From Eubacteriales bacterium (GTDB lineage Bacteria > Bacillota > Clostridia > Christensenellales > CAG-138): a stretch of 63,776 nt of DNA. The DNA lies in contig JAVBPK010000068.1 in the NCBI GenBank assembly GCA_031549625.1, positions 1 to 63,776 on the forward strand, written 5' to 3'. How positions within the stretch are numbered: the stretch's first letter is position 1; every line of letters begins with the position of its first letter. Under the pieces are notes generated by a model that saw nothing but the letters and a program-made list of their open reading frames with translations, was not told the DNA's origin and searched no databases. Shown here piece after piece: positions 8,259 to 16,850 of the stretch. The position numbers were made by a program, and so were the translations under genes.

Positions 8259-8696
8259 ATGGACGAAAAAATGATGCGAATTGCTCTCGAAGAAGCACAG
8301 GCTGCCTACGCGCTTGGCGAAGTGCCTGTGGGCGCCATCATCGCGCAGGGCGGTCACGTCATCACGCGCGCGCATAACCTGTGCGAGGCAGCCGCCGACG
8401 TAACCGCGCATGCCGAGATGCTTTGCATACGCGAGGCTTCACGCATATTGGGCGGGCGCCTTTCCGGCTGCACGCTGTATTGTACATTGGAGCCCTGCGC
8501 CATGTGTACGGGGGCTATTTTGCTAGCGCGTATCCCGCGCGTGGTGTTTGGCGCGTTTGACAGCCTGGCCGGTTGCTGCGGTTCCGTCATAGATATGACG
8601 GATCACTGGTTTCAAACCAGCACCGAGGCGCTCGGCGGCGTGCTGGAACATGAGTGCGTGGAACTGTTGCAACGCTTTTTCAAGGAACGCCGGTAA
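8259..8696 (+). CDS. tadA: tRNA-specific adenosine deaminase
   Basis: HAE (..TAHAEMLCI..) and PCxxC (LEPCAMCTGAI) zinc motifs. 145 aa. RBS is AGGAGG. Confidence 0.92.
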   Translation: MDEKMMRIALEEAQAAYALGEVPVGAIIAQGGHVITRAHNLCEAAADVTAHAEMLCIREASRILGGRLSGCTLYCTLEPCAMCTGAILLARIPRVVFGAFDSLAGCCGSVIDMTDHWFQTSTEALGGVLEHECVELLQRFFKERR

Positions 8697-8719
8697 ACTG
8701 AAAAAGAGAAACCCGTTCC

Positions 8720-8745
8720 CATGCCGCATGCGGGCATGCGTTTTT
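8720..8745 (+). terminator. Intrinsic terminator after tadA
   Basis: catgccg / cgggcatg stem with one bulge, followed by cgTTTTT. Confidence 0.55.
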
Positions 8746-8904
8746 ATTGCCATCGGCCTGCGCCCTGATTGTTTCGCGGTGTTGTAAAACGGATTGCGGA
8801 ATGCCCGGGCATTCCGGCTATGTGTTTCAAAAGGAAGGCGGGAGGACCGGCCCTCGTTGCGGGGCCTGCGCTGCCATCATCTTCCCAATAAAAGGAGGAA
8901 AAGC

Positions 8905-9342
8905 ATGTTTTGGTTTGGTTCCCTGTTTGAGCTTGCGCTTGCGGCATACCTTTTTATTCTGGCCATTCGCGGCAAGGGCCGCATCATCGAGAATCCATAT
9001 ATCAAAAAGGGCAAAGAGGCCCAGTATAAAAAAATTGCGCGCATTGGCCTTTTCAGCCTCGCGGGCCTGTTGGTGCTGCTTGGCGGCGTCGGCGTGGCCG
9101 CGGGAAATATTTCCCAGGAATCTCCTGCCTGGGATATCATCGGGCCGGCCAACTTTGTAATCAGCATATTGGTGCTGACGGCAATGATGGCATTGTTCCT
9201 TATACTGCGCGCAATGCAGGACAAGGAAAAAAGGAAGAATGTGGGAAAACCGCCCGCGCCCCGCGCCGCTTTCTTCTTTGACGAGGAAGAGCGGGATAAA
9301 GCCGTTCCCGCAGCCAAAACCGCACCCAAACGGAAAAAATAG
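8905..9342 (+). CDS. Small membrane protein (about 3 TM), paralogue 1
   Basis: ATG at 8905 follows AAAGGAGG. It begins MFWFGSLFELALAAYLFILAIRGKG..KKGKEAQYKK. The C-terminal tail reads PPAPRAAFFFDEEE. Confidence 0.75.
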   Translation: MFWFGSLFELALAAYLFILAIRGKGRIIENPYIKKGKEAQYKKIARIGLFSLAGLLVLLGGVGVAAGNISQESPAWDIIGPANFVISILVLTAMMALFLILRAMQDKEKRKNVGKPPAPRAAFFFDEEERDKAVPAAKTAPKRKK

Positions 9343-9494
9343 GTTTATTAACAAATTTAAAACATTGGCCATTCCCCGGCTGTGCCGTTGCTTTTGCGTC
9401 GCCAAAACTGATATAATACGCGAAAAGGCGCTTTCCAGGGGGGCCAGTGAATATGACTGCCGCAATGCGATTGCATGCGGCGGGAAGAGGGATC

Positions 9495-9908
9495 ATGGGG
9501 AATTTTTTCGGCCTGTTTGAGCTGATTATCGGCGTGTATTTGATTTACGGCGCCATCACTGGAAAAGGGCAGTTGTACCGCAACGAGCACGTAAAAAAAG
9601 GCCAGGAAGCGCTGTATAAAAAGCGCGTCCGGCAGATCAGCGCCGTGCTGGGCCCGATCATGCTGGCGGAAGGCGTAATCGACTATATCCTACATGCGCA
9701 GGAAGCGGGCGGGGCTTTGCGCGTGCTTTCCCTCGTGTTGTGGGGGCTGGCGCTCACCGGCATCGGGGTGCTGTTCGTGGTTTCCCTGCGCCTGACAGAC
9801 CGCAGCAAGACCGGCTCGCAAGCAAAACAAACGCAGCAACGGCCTGCCGCGCCTCGCAGCGCCTTTGAATTCGACGACGAAGACGAACCCGACAAAACAA
9901 AAGAGTAA
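9495..9908 (+). CDS. Small membrane protein (about 3 TM), paralogue 2
   Basis: ATG at 9495. It begins MGNFFGLFELIIGVYLIYGAITGKG..KKGQEALYKK. The C-terminal tail reads PAAPRSAFEFDDEDE. It is collinear with the 8905 gene. Confidence 0.75.
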   Translation: MGNFFGLFELIIGVYLIYGAITGKGQLYRNEHVKKGQEALYKKRVRQISAVLGPIMLAEGVIDYILHAQEAGGALRVLSLVLWGLALTGIGVLFVVSLRLTDRSKTGSQAKQTQQRPAAPRSAFEFDDEDEPDKTKE

Positions 9909-10013
9909 CCGCGTTTGCGTTCGCTGCGCTCATGCCGGCAACGGACCGTACCGGTTGCTGCCCGCGAACAAAATATAAAAGAAAGCATCATTGGCATGAA
10001 AGGGGATCTCATC

Positions 10014-11174
10014 ATGAAGCAGCGCACATTACTACGTTGCCTCGCATTTATCCTTTGTTTAATGGCGGCTATGGCCTGCCTTGCGCCCGCAGCGCTGGCG
10101 CTCGAAGCAAAAACCACAAAAAGCACGACGCTCCGCGAAGGCGCGGGAACCGATTCTTCAACCATCAGCAAACTGAAATCCGGCGTTACAGTCACCGTGC
10201 TGGACGCCAAAACAAACCCAAAATGGTGGAAAGTATCCCACGAAGGCAAGGAGGGCTATATCGACAGCGAAACAGTAAAGCTTGTGGAGCAGCCCGCCGA
10301 ACCGGCCACCACCACCCGCAACATCGCCATGCGCGCCGAGCCCAAATCCAACGCAGCTGTGCTCGACGAGCTCAAGATATATTCGCAGGTGGCCGTGCTG
10401 GACAGCAAGAGCCATCAAGGCTGGTGGAAGGTGTTCTATGAAAACCAGGAGGGCTATATTCCCGCAAGCGCGCTGAAAATGGGCGACCTTGCCTCCCTTG
10501 AGCAACGCGGCACAACGGGCGGCACAGAAACCACCCTAAAAGCGCCCGACCCGAACGCCTCCAAGATCACGAAGGCCAAAGGCATCAACAAGGACACCGT
10601 CGGCTGGATCAAAGTGCCAAACACCAACATCGACGATCCTATTTTGTACGGCGCGAATTTCTACTACAACGACCACAACCTCTCCAAAAAGAAGTCGCTG
10701 GAAGGCGTGTACCCGTACAGGAATTCTTTAAGCAAAAACGTAGTAATATTCGGGCACAACCTGCGCGGTTCCAACAGCGGCATGCACCAGCTGCACCACT
10801 TGCAGGAAGTGGCCATGGGCAAGGGCAAATGCCAATATGGCAGCTGCGGACGGGGCCTCTCCCATTCCGACTGGTATAAAACGAGCAGCGGCCGCACGTG
10901 GAGCATATCCATATTCGGCAAAACCCAATGGGAAGTATGGGCCATGTACGAAGTGCCCAGGAATGAGCCCATCGAAACCTTGCGCAACAACTGGAACACA
11001 GGGCCCGCAAGCATGTCAAAATGGATAGACGGGCAGCTCAAGCGCTCCCAGATCAATTTCGGCGTGAGCGTGAGCGATAAAGACCAGATCATGACGCTCA
11101 TCACCTGCGGCACGTACTACGACTCCGCAACGGCGAATTCCCGCCTGTTCACGTTCCTCAAGTGCGTGGGCTAA
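10014..11174 (+). CDS. Secreted protein: signal peptide + 2 SH3b-like repeats + a class B sortase-like domain
   Basis: ATG at 10014. Signal peptide ends ..CLAPAALALE. SH3b-like repeats end ..GYIDSETVK and GYIPASALK. Sortase-like motifs are GWIKVPNTNIDDPILYG, IFGHNLRG, MTLITCG and SRLFTFLK. Confidence 0.75.
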   Translation: MKQRTLLRCLAFILCLMAAMACLAPAALALEAKTTKSTTLREGAGTDSSTISKLKSGVTVTVLDAKTNPKWWKVSHEGKEGYIDSETVKLVEQPAEPATTTRNIAMRAEPKSNAAVLDELKIYSQVAVLDSKSHQGWWKVFYENQEGYIPASALKMGDLASLEQRGTTGGTETTLKAPDPNASKITKAKGINKDTVGWIKVPNTNIDDPILYGANFYYNDHNLSKKKSLEGVYPYRNSLSKNVVIFGHNLRGSNSGMHQLHHLQEVAMGKGKCQYGSCGRGLSHSDWYKTSSGRTWSISIFGKTQWEVWAMYEVPRNEPIETLRNNWNTGPASMSKWIDGQLKRSQINFGVSVSDKDQIMTLITCGTYYDSATANSRLFTFLKCVG

Positions 11175-11225
11175 CGGATTAAAATATCTCTACAAAGCGA
11201 AAGCAATATTTAAGGAGGCACGATC

Positions 11226-12776
11226 ATGAATCTCAAAAAGACAAGCATGCGCATCCTTGCGCTGGCGTTATGCCTGCTGACAGCGTTTGCCGTAGCGGCA
11301 CCCGCCACAGCAGCCCCTATCTCGTACTATGCTGTTATTTCCGCGGACAACACGCCGGTATACGGCAGCAGCACAATGGCCACCGTAATCGGCTACTTCG
11401 CTAAGGACGATGTCATTCCCATCGTGAGCGCTTCGGGCAGCCTGTATCAGGTATACACAAACGGCGCAACGGCTACCAGCGTAGGCTTCATACTGAAGAG
11501 CGCCGTGCCCGGCGTTACAAACACCATCAGAAGCGGCCAGGCAATCGCCTCCATGAAAGCGGCCAACGGCACTGTCATCACAACAGGAACAACGACCACA
11601 ACCGGCACGCCGGGCTACATTACCAACTGTAATTCCGACGTAAACTTCCGCGCCACGGCGAGCGCGAAAGGCAGCTTGCTGGGCACGCTGAACAAGAACG
11701 CAGTTGTCAGCATACTCGGCGAAGAGAGCGGCTTCACAAAGCTCGTCAGCGCCGCGGGCGTCACGGGCTATGTTTCCAAAACCTATGTTAAGGCAGGCAC
11801 CCCGCCCACCAGCGCTTCCACGTCCACATCCACCAGCGCTTCCGGCAGCACGGGCACCATTGTGAACTGCAAGAGCTCCGTAACATTCCGTTCCGGCGCC
11901 AGCACAAAGAGCAAGTCGCTCGGTTCCCTGAAAAAGGGCGCCACTGTGGAAGTGCTTGGTTCCGAAGGCGATTTCTACAAAATCAAATACAACGGTAAAA
12001 CGGGTTATGTCGCAAAGCAGTACCTGTCTGTTGGCGGCAGCGGAAGCTCCAGCGGAAGTTCCGGCGGCTCGAAAGGTTCCGGCGACATCAACGTAACGCC
12101 CGGCGCTTCCAAGCCCAGCGCCACCGTGCAGAATGGCTTTGACGCCGCGAAAAAGCAAAACTCCGAAACCATCGGCTATGTTTACATCGCGGGTTCCAAC
12201 ATCAGCTACCCCATCCTTTTCAACAAGGATACGAACTACTATGACAGCCACAGCATCAGCAAGGCTTCCAGCTCCGCGGGCGCTGTGCATGCCTTCTACA
12301 ATGTTCTGGCGCGCAACAACACCGTTACGGCGCACAACATGCGCGGTTCCAACCAGATGTTCCACCAGCTGAGCCATATCTACGATAAGGCCACAGGCAA
12401 AACGACCTGCCAGACCACCGATAACGGCGGCTGCAAGTCGCCAAACCTCTCCTCCATCAAGGATATCAACGTGGCTTCCAACCGTGTTTGGGAAGTCTAC
12501 CTGAACGGCTACACCCAGTGGGAAGTCTTTGCTTTCTACAAGACAGAAGCAAGCGAGCCCGCCACCACAATCAACTACAACATACAGCACCTTTCGAGCG
12601 CCTCTGATTCTGAGATCACAAACTGGATCAACACGCAGAAGAACCGATCGGCTGTGAAGTTCAATACCAGCGTTACGGCGAAAGATACATTCCTTACGCT
12701 GTACACCTGCGGCACGAACTATGACTATGCCACCGCGCAGTCCCGTATTTACTTCTTCCTGAAGGCAGTGAAATAA
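11226..12776 (+). CDS. Secreted protein: signal peptide + 3 SH3b-like repeats + a class B sortase-like domain (paralogue)
   Basis: RBS is AAGGAGG. Signal peptide ends ..AAPATAAP. Repeats end GYVSKTYVK and GYVAKQYLS. Sortase-like motifs are IGYVYIAGSNISYPILF, TAHNMRG, LTLYTCG and SRIYFFLK. Confidence 0.75.
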   Translation: MNLKKTSMRILALALCLLTAFAVAAPATAAPISYYAVISADNTPVYGSSTMATVIGYFAKDDVIPIVSASGSLYQVYTNGATATSVGFILKSAVPGVTNTIRSGQAIASMKAANGTVITTGTTTTTGTPGYITNCNSDVNFRATASAKGSLLGTLNKNAVVSILGEESGFTKLVSAAGVTGYVSKTYVKAGTPPTSASTSTSTSASGSTGTIVNCKSSVTFRSGASTKSKSLGSLKKGATVEVLGSEGDFYKIKYNGKTGYVAKQYLSVGGSGSSSGSSGGSKGSGDINVTPGASKPSATVQNGFDAAKKQNSETIGYVYIAGSNISYPILFNKDTNYYDSHSISKASSSAGAVHAFYNVLARNNTVTAHNMRGSNQMFHQLSHIYDKATGKTTCQTTDNGGCKSPNLSSIKDINVASNRVWEVYLNGYTQWEVFAFYKTEASEPATTINYNIQHLSSASDSEITNWINTQKNRSAVKFNTSVTAKDTFLTLYTCGTNYDYATAQSRIYFFLKAVK

Positions 12777-12811
12777 AAGGCTATTGCGCGAAAGCTTCAT
12801 GTGAAAAAAGC

Positions 12812-12845
12812 AAAACACCGGAACAGGTTTCGTTCCGGTGTTTTT
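12812..12845. terminator. Bidirectional intrinsic terminator between convergent genes
   Basis: AAAA-caccggaac-aggtttc-gttccggtg-TTTTT, with a perfect 9-bp stem. Confidence 0.8.
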
Positions 12846-12862
12846 GTGTGGTGAGGATTGAA

Positions 12863-13816
12863 TTAGGAGCTTTCGTCCTTCAGCAAATACCCATACCCCT
12901 CCCGCTCCATATCTTCACGCGGAACAAACCGCAGTGCCGCGCCATTGATGCAGTAGCGCAGCCCTCCGCTCTCCCTTGGCCCATCTTCAAACACATGCCC
13001 CAAATGCGCGTTCCCCGCCCTGCTCCGCACCTCCGTGCGCAGCATGCCATGCGAAACATCCGTATGCGCATGCAGCACAAAGGGCTCGATCGGGCGCGTA
13101 AAGCTGGGCCAGCCGCATCCCGCGTTAAACTGGTTTCTGGAAGAAAAAAGCGGCTCCCCTGTGGTAATATCCACATAAATGCCCGCTGTCGCGCCGTTAG
13201 CAAATGGGTGCGAAAAGGGCGGCTCCGTAGCGGCTTGCCGGGTTACGGCATAGGAGAGAGGCGGTAATGTTTGCTTTAGCGTTTCCTCCGCCGGCCGGGG
13301 ATATAGCGCGGGATTTACGCGCGCCGCCGCTGCTTGCCGCATTTTCCAGGCCGGAATGTGGCAATAGCCGCCGGCTCGTTTTTCAAGATAATCCTGGTGA
13401 TAGTCTTCCGCCGGATAAAAAGCGCGCAATGCCTCGCATTCCACCACAACGGGCTTGTCATAGCGTTCCCCCAGCGAGCGCAGCGCCGCCTCGATGACGG
13501 GAGCGTCCGCCTTGTCCGTATAATAAATGCCGGTGCGGTATTGCGTGCCCTCGTCCGCTCCCTGCCCGTTTAGCGTGGTGGGATCGATCGCCTGAAAATA
13601 CAATTCAAGCAAGAAAGCCAGCGGGAGCGCGCTTTCGTCATATTCTACGCGCACCGCCTCCGCGTGGCCGGTGCAGCGCGTGCACACTTCCTCGTATGTG
13701 GGGCTTTTCGTGTGGCCGTTTGCGTAGCCCACCTCCGTATCCTTCACCCCCGCTATGCCGCGCATATAGCGTTCCAAACCCCAAAAACAGCCCCCGGCCA
13801 ATACGATTTCCGCCAT
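12863..13816 (-). CDS. msrAB: Bifunctional peptide-methionine sulfoxide reductase MsrA/MsrB
   Basis: ATG at 13816 follows GGAAGGAGG. MsrA motif is GGCFWG. The MsrB half has CGWPSF and RYCINGAAL. Confidence 0.9.
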   Translation of the reverse strand: MAEIVLAGGCFWGLERYMRGIAGVKDTEVGYANGHTKSPTYEEVCTRCTGHAEAVRVEYDESALPLAFLLELYFQAIDPTTLNGQGADEGTQYRTGIYYTDKADAPVIEAALRSLGERYDKPVVVECEALRAFYPAEDYHQDYLEKRAGGYCHIPAWKMRQAAAARVNPALYPRPAEETLKQTLPPLSYAVTRQAATEPPFSHPFANGATAGIYVDITTGEPLFSSRNQFNAGCGWPSFTRPIEPFVLHAHTDVSHGMLRTEVRSRAGNAHLGHVFEDGPRESGGLRYCINGAALRFVPREDMEREGYGYLLKDESS

Positions 13817-13978
13817 ATCGCCGCCTCCTTCCAAAGCAAAAGGTTTTCCCGGTCGCCCATACAAACAGTATACCCCAAACGCGCTTTCAAAGCACGCTGC
13901 CGCTTGCTTTCAAAAACGATGCGCTATACAATAAAAAGCATTCAGAGTATTTCGCTGGAAAAATGGGGAGGTATACGA

Positions 13979-14923
13979 ATGCAGGTGCGAAAAATGGAAC
14001 AGCACGAGCGCCCTTACGCGCTTGCGCTGGTGCGCGGCGTATTTGACGCGTTCGTGGGCTGTGACTACAGCCAGGAGGGCAAAAACAATTTTTACGCATT
14101 TATCGATAAAGAGCAAACGGATCCGACCCTTCTCTTTTTCGGCTGTTTTATGGGGGATGCGCTCGCGGGCGTACTTGCGGCGCAGGGCAATCATATCAAG
14201 CTGCTGTTTGTAGGCGAGGCGTTTCACAGGCAGGGTGCCGCCCGCGCGCTGTTTGCCGCTTTTCTTGCCGAAGAAGCTGCAGCCTGGGAACGAAAAATTA
14301 CGGTGAACGCTTCCCGCTTTGGCTTGCCTGCCTACAAAAGCTTTGGTTTTTACGCAACGGGGCCGGAGCAAACCGTTGACGGCATGATATTTACGCCCAT
14401 GCGATACGATATAGGCGGCTTTGCTTTGCGCCCATGGGAGCAAGGGGACGCAGAGGCTTTGGCCGCCGCGGCAAACCATGCGGATATAGCGAAAAACCTG
14501 CGTGACCGCTTTCCTTTTCCGTATACGCGTAGCGACGCGGAGGCGTTTCTCGCGCATTGCGAAACGTGCGGCGAGGAAGGATTAAATTACTGCATTGCGG
14601 TGCGCGGCGTACCGGTGGGCGGCGTAGGCGTCATTCCGGGCACAGATGTGTACAGGAAATCCGCCGAAATCGGCTACTGGCTTAATAGTGCGCATTGGGG
14701 AAAGGGCATTATGACGGAGGCGGTAAAGCGCGTTTGCGGGGAAGTGTTTGAACGGTTTGACATCGTGCGGCTGCACGCGGACGTGTTCGCGAGCAATCCC
14801 GCATCATGCCGCGTGCTGCAAAAAGCGGGCTTTGTATGTGAAGGCATAAAGCGCCAAAGCGTATATAAGAACGGCGTGGTGCAGGATGCGCTCACATATG
14901 CGCTGCTGAAGGGCGAGCGCTGA
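13979..14923 (+). CDS. Tandem GNAT-family N-acetyltransferase (second half RimJ/RimL-like)
   Basis: ATG at 13979 follows GGGGAGG; the upstream part of the track ORF overlaps msrAB. Motifs are FHRQGAARALF and LRPWEQGDAEAL..WGKGIMTEA. Confidence 0.75.
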   Translation: MQVRKMEQHERPYALALVRGVFDAFVGCDYSQEGKNNFYAFIDKEQTDPTLLFFGCFMGDALAGVLAAQGNHIKLLFVGEAFHRQGAARALFAAFLAEEAAAWERKITVNASRFGLPAYKSFGFYATGPEQTVDGMIFTPMRYDIGGFALRPWEQGDAEALAAAANHADIAKNLRDRFPFPYTRSDAEAFLAHCETCGEEGLNYCIAVRGVPVGGVGVIPGTDVYRKSAEIGYWLNSAHWGKGIMTEAVKRVCGEVFERFDIVRLHADVFASNPASCRVLQKAGFVCEGIKRQSVYKNGVVQDALTYALLKGER

Positions 14924-14933
14924 AAGGAAACGT

Positions 14934-15779
14934 ATGGAACAAAACAAGCTTGGCATGCTTGCGCTGTGCGCGACGCCCATAGGCAACCTGGAGGACATCA
15001 CGCTGCGCGTGCTCCGTACGCTCCGCGAAGCGGACGAAGTATGGGCGGAGGATACCCGCCGCACGCTCGGGCTGCTTACGCATTATGATATCAAGCAGCG
15101 GCTGGTCAGCTGCCACGAACACAATGAGCGTGAGCGAACGGAGCAGCTTCTGGCGGCTATACGCAGCGGCCGCGTTATCGCGTATTGTTCGGATGCGGGC
15201 ATGCCCGGCATTTCCGACCCGGGTGAGCGGCTCGCGGCTGCCTGCGCGGAACAAGGCCTGCCCGTAAGCGTGCTGCCGGGCGCTTCCGCAGTGCTGACGG
15301 CGGCGGTACTCAGCGGCCTGCCTTGCGCGGCATTCAGTTTTTTCGGCTTTTTACCGCGGGATAAAAAAGAACGGCGTAAACGCATGCAGCGGCTTTGCGC
15401 CGCGGAGGAATTGATTTTGCTGTACGAAAGCCCGCAACGCCTGCCGGATACGCTTAAGGAACTGGCGCGGGAATTGGGCGGCGAACGGCCCGCCGCCGTA
15501 CTGCGCGAGCTGACAAAGCTGCATGAAGAAGCGGCGCGCGGCACCTTGGACGCGCTTGCGCAGCGATTTGCGGAACCGCCGCGCGGCGAGTGCGTAGTAG
15601 CGATAGCGGGGCGCGAAAACGAGCCGAGGCGCGTGGAAGAAAAGCAAGTGGACGAGGCGCTGAAAAAGCTGCTTGCGCAAGGGTTTTCAACCAAGCAAGC
15701 AGCGGTGGCCGTGGCAACGGTATTGGATGTGCAGAAGAATGTCGCGTATGAACGCGCGCTGAACGCCTCTAAATGTTGA
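14934..15779 (+). CDS. rsmI: 16S rRNA (cytidine1402-2'-O)-methyltransferase
   Basis: Motifs TPIGNLEDITLRVLRTLREADEVWAEDTR and SDAGMPGISDPG. 281 aa. Confidence 0.9.
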   Translation: MEQNKLGMLALCATPIGNLEDITLRVLRTLREADEVWAEDTRRTLGLLTHYDIKQRLVSCHEHNERERTEQLLAAIRSGRVIAYCSDAGMPGISDPGERLAAACAEQGLPVSVLPGASAVLTAAVLSGLPCAAFSFFGFLPRDKKERRKRMQRLCAAEELILLYESPQRLPDTLKELARELGGERPAAVLRELTKLHEEAARGTLDALAQRFAEPPRGECVVAIAGRENEPRRVEEKQVDEALKKLLAQGFSTKQAAVAVATVLDVQKNVAYERALNASKC

Positions 15780-16842
15780 CAATCTCTTTGATGGTGATAT
15801 TCAGCGCGTTGTAGTCGTGCGTGAGGTCTATATAGCGTGGTACGGTTTTGCCGTCTTCGATGAGCTGCAGCTTAGGACGCAGGCAGGTGTTTTCAAAGTT
15901 TTCCACCACGATGCCTATGCAGTCGTTGCTCAGCCGCACGCAAGTGCCGACGGGATACGGCGCTACTTTGCGTATAAACGCGTCCACCACAAGCGGGTCA
16001 AAGAGCGTGTTGTAGCCGCTCATGATGTATTCGATGGCGTCTGAGGGCAGCAGCGCGCGGCGGTATGGCCTGTCGGAAACCAGCGCGTCGTATACGTCTA
16101 CCACGGCGATGATGCGGCCAAACAGGTGAATGGCCTCGCCGCTCAGGCCCGCCGGATATCCGTTACCGTTATATTGCTCATGGTGCGTCAGCACGGCGGT
16201 CTTTGCCTCCGGGGGGATGACCTTGCTCGGCGCGAGGTAATTATAGCCGGCCAGACTGTGCCGCTTCACTTCTTCGAATTCTTCCAGCGTAAGCTTGCTT
16301 TCTTTGTTGATTATCCGTTTGTCGATGAAAACTTTCCCCAAATCATGCACAAGCGCGCCCATGGCGAGCTCGTGCAGCGTCTGGCGGCCCATGCCCAGCA
16401 CGGCGCCCAGCATGGTCGATAATACAGCCACATTGATGCTGTGGCTGTAGGTATAATCGTCATACGCGCGGATATCGATGATGTTTACCATGAGATTGCG
16501 GTTGCGCAAAATTTCGTCCACGATATTTGTAACGGTGGAAAGCAAAGCGTCGAAATGATTTTTTGTCTTTTGCAAAGACGCGGTTTCCACTGTGACGAAA
16601 AGCGTGCGCACCTCTTTTTGCGCCTTGCCGCGCAGTTCGTCGCTGATGACGGATTCCAGAAAGATGCTTCTTGAAAGGTCATCGTCGATATAGACGCCTT
16701 GAAAACCGAGCATGCGGACTTTGCCGATGAGCGATGCCGTTAATGTTACACCGCCGCGCAAGAGGACGCGATTGCGGTCAAAGACCAAATCCCGTCCTAA
16801 AATCTGGCCCGGCCGTAAACAATTCGCAGGGACAAAACGCAT
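15769..16842 (-). CDS. HD-GYP domain protein (putative c-di-GMP phosphodiesterase)
   Basis: Motifs HDLGK and HHEQYNGNGYP. It starts 8 nt after the cheA stop, with its RBS overlapping that stop. Its 3' end overlaps the rsmI 3' end by 11 nt. Confidence 0.85.
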   Translation of the reverse strand: MRFVPANCLRPGQILGRDLVFDRNRVLLRGGVTLTASLIGKVRMLGFQGVYIDDDLSRSIFLESVISDELRGKAQKEVRTLFVTVETASLQKTKNHFDALLSTVTNIVDEILRNRNLMVNIIDIRAYDDYTYSHSINVAVLSTMLGAVLGMGRQTLHELAMGALVHDLGKVFIDKRIINKESKLTLEEFEEVKRHSLAGYNYLAPSKVIPPEAKTAVLTHHEQYNGNGYPAGLSGEAIHLFGRIIAVVDVYDALVSDRPYRRALLPSDAIEYIMSGYNTLFDPLVVDAFIRKVAPYPVGTCVRLSNDCIGIVVENFENTCLRPKLQLIEDGKTVPRYIDLTHDYNALNITIKEIVNI

Positions 16843-16850
16843 AGCAACCT

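Noticed and set aside
8697-8904. An SRP (4.5S/scRNA) gene, which often follows tadA in Firmicutes.
   Set aside because: I could not find the conserved domain IV motifs (GGAAG..GCAGC / symmetric loop) or a long closing helix. Only a terminator and a 20-nt palindrome are evident. A covariance-model scan would be needed to exclude it fully.
15769-15779. The 11-nt 3'-end overlap of convergent rsmI and the HD-GYP gene, considered as a possible annotation error or frameshift.
   Set aside because: Both ORFs end with family-typical C-termini and run uninterrupted. Short convergent overlaps are common. It is noted only as a potential site of transcriptional interference.
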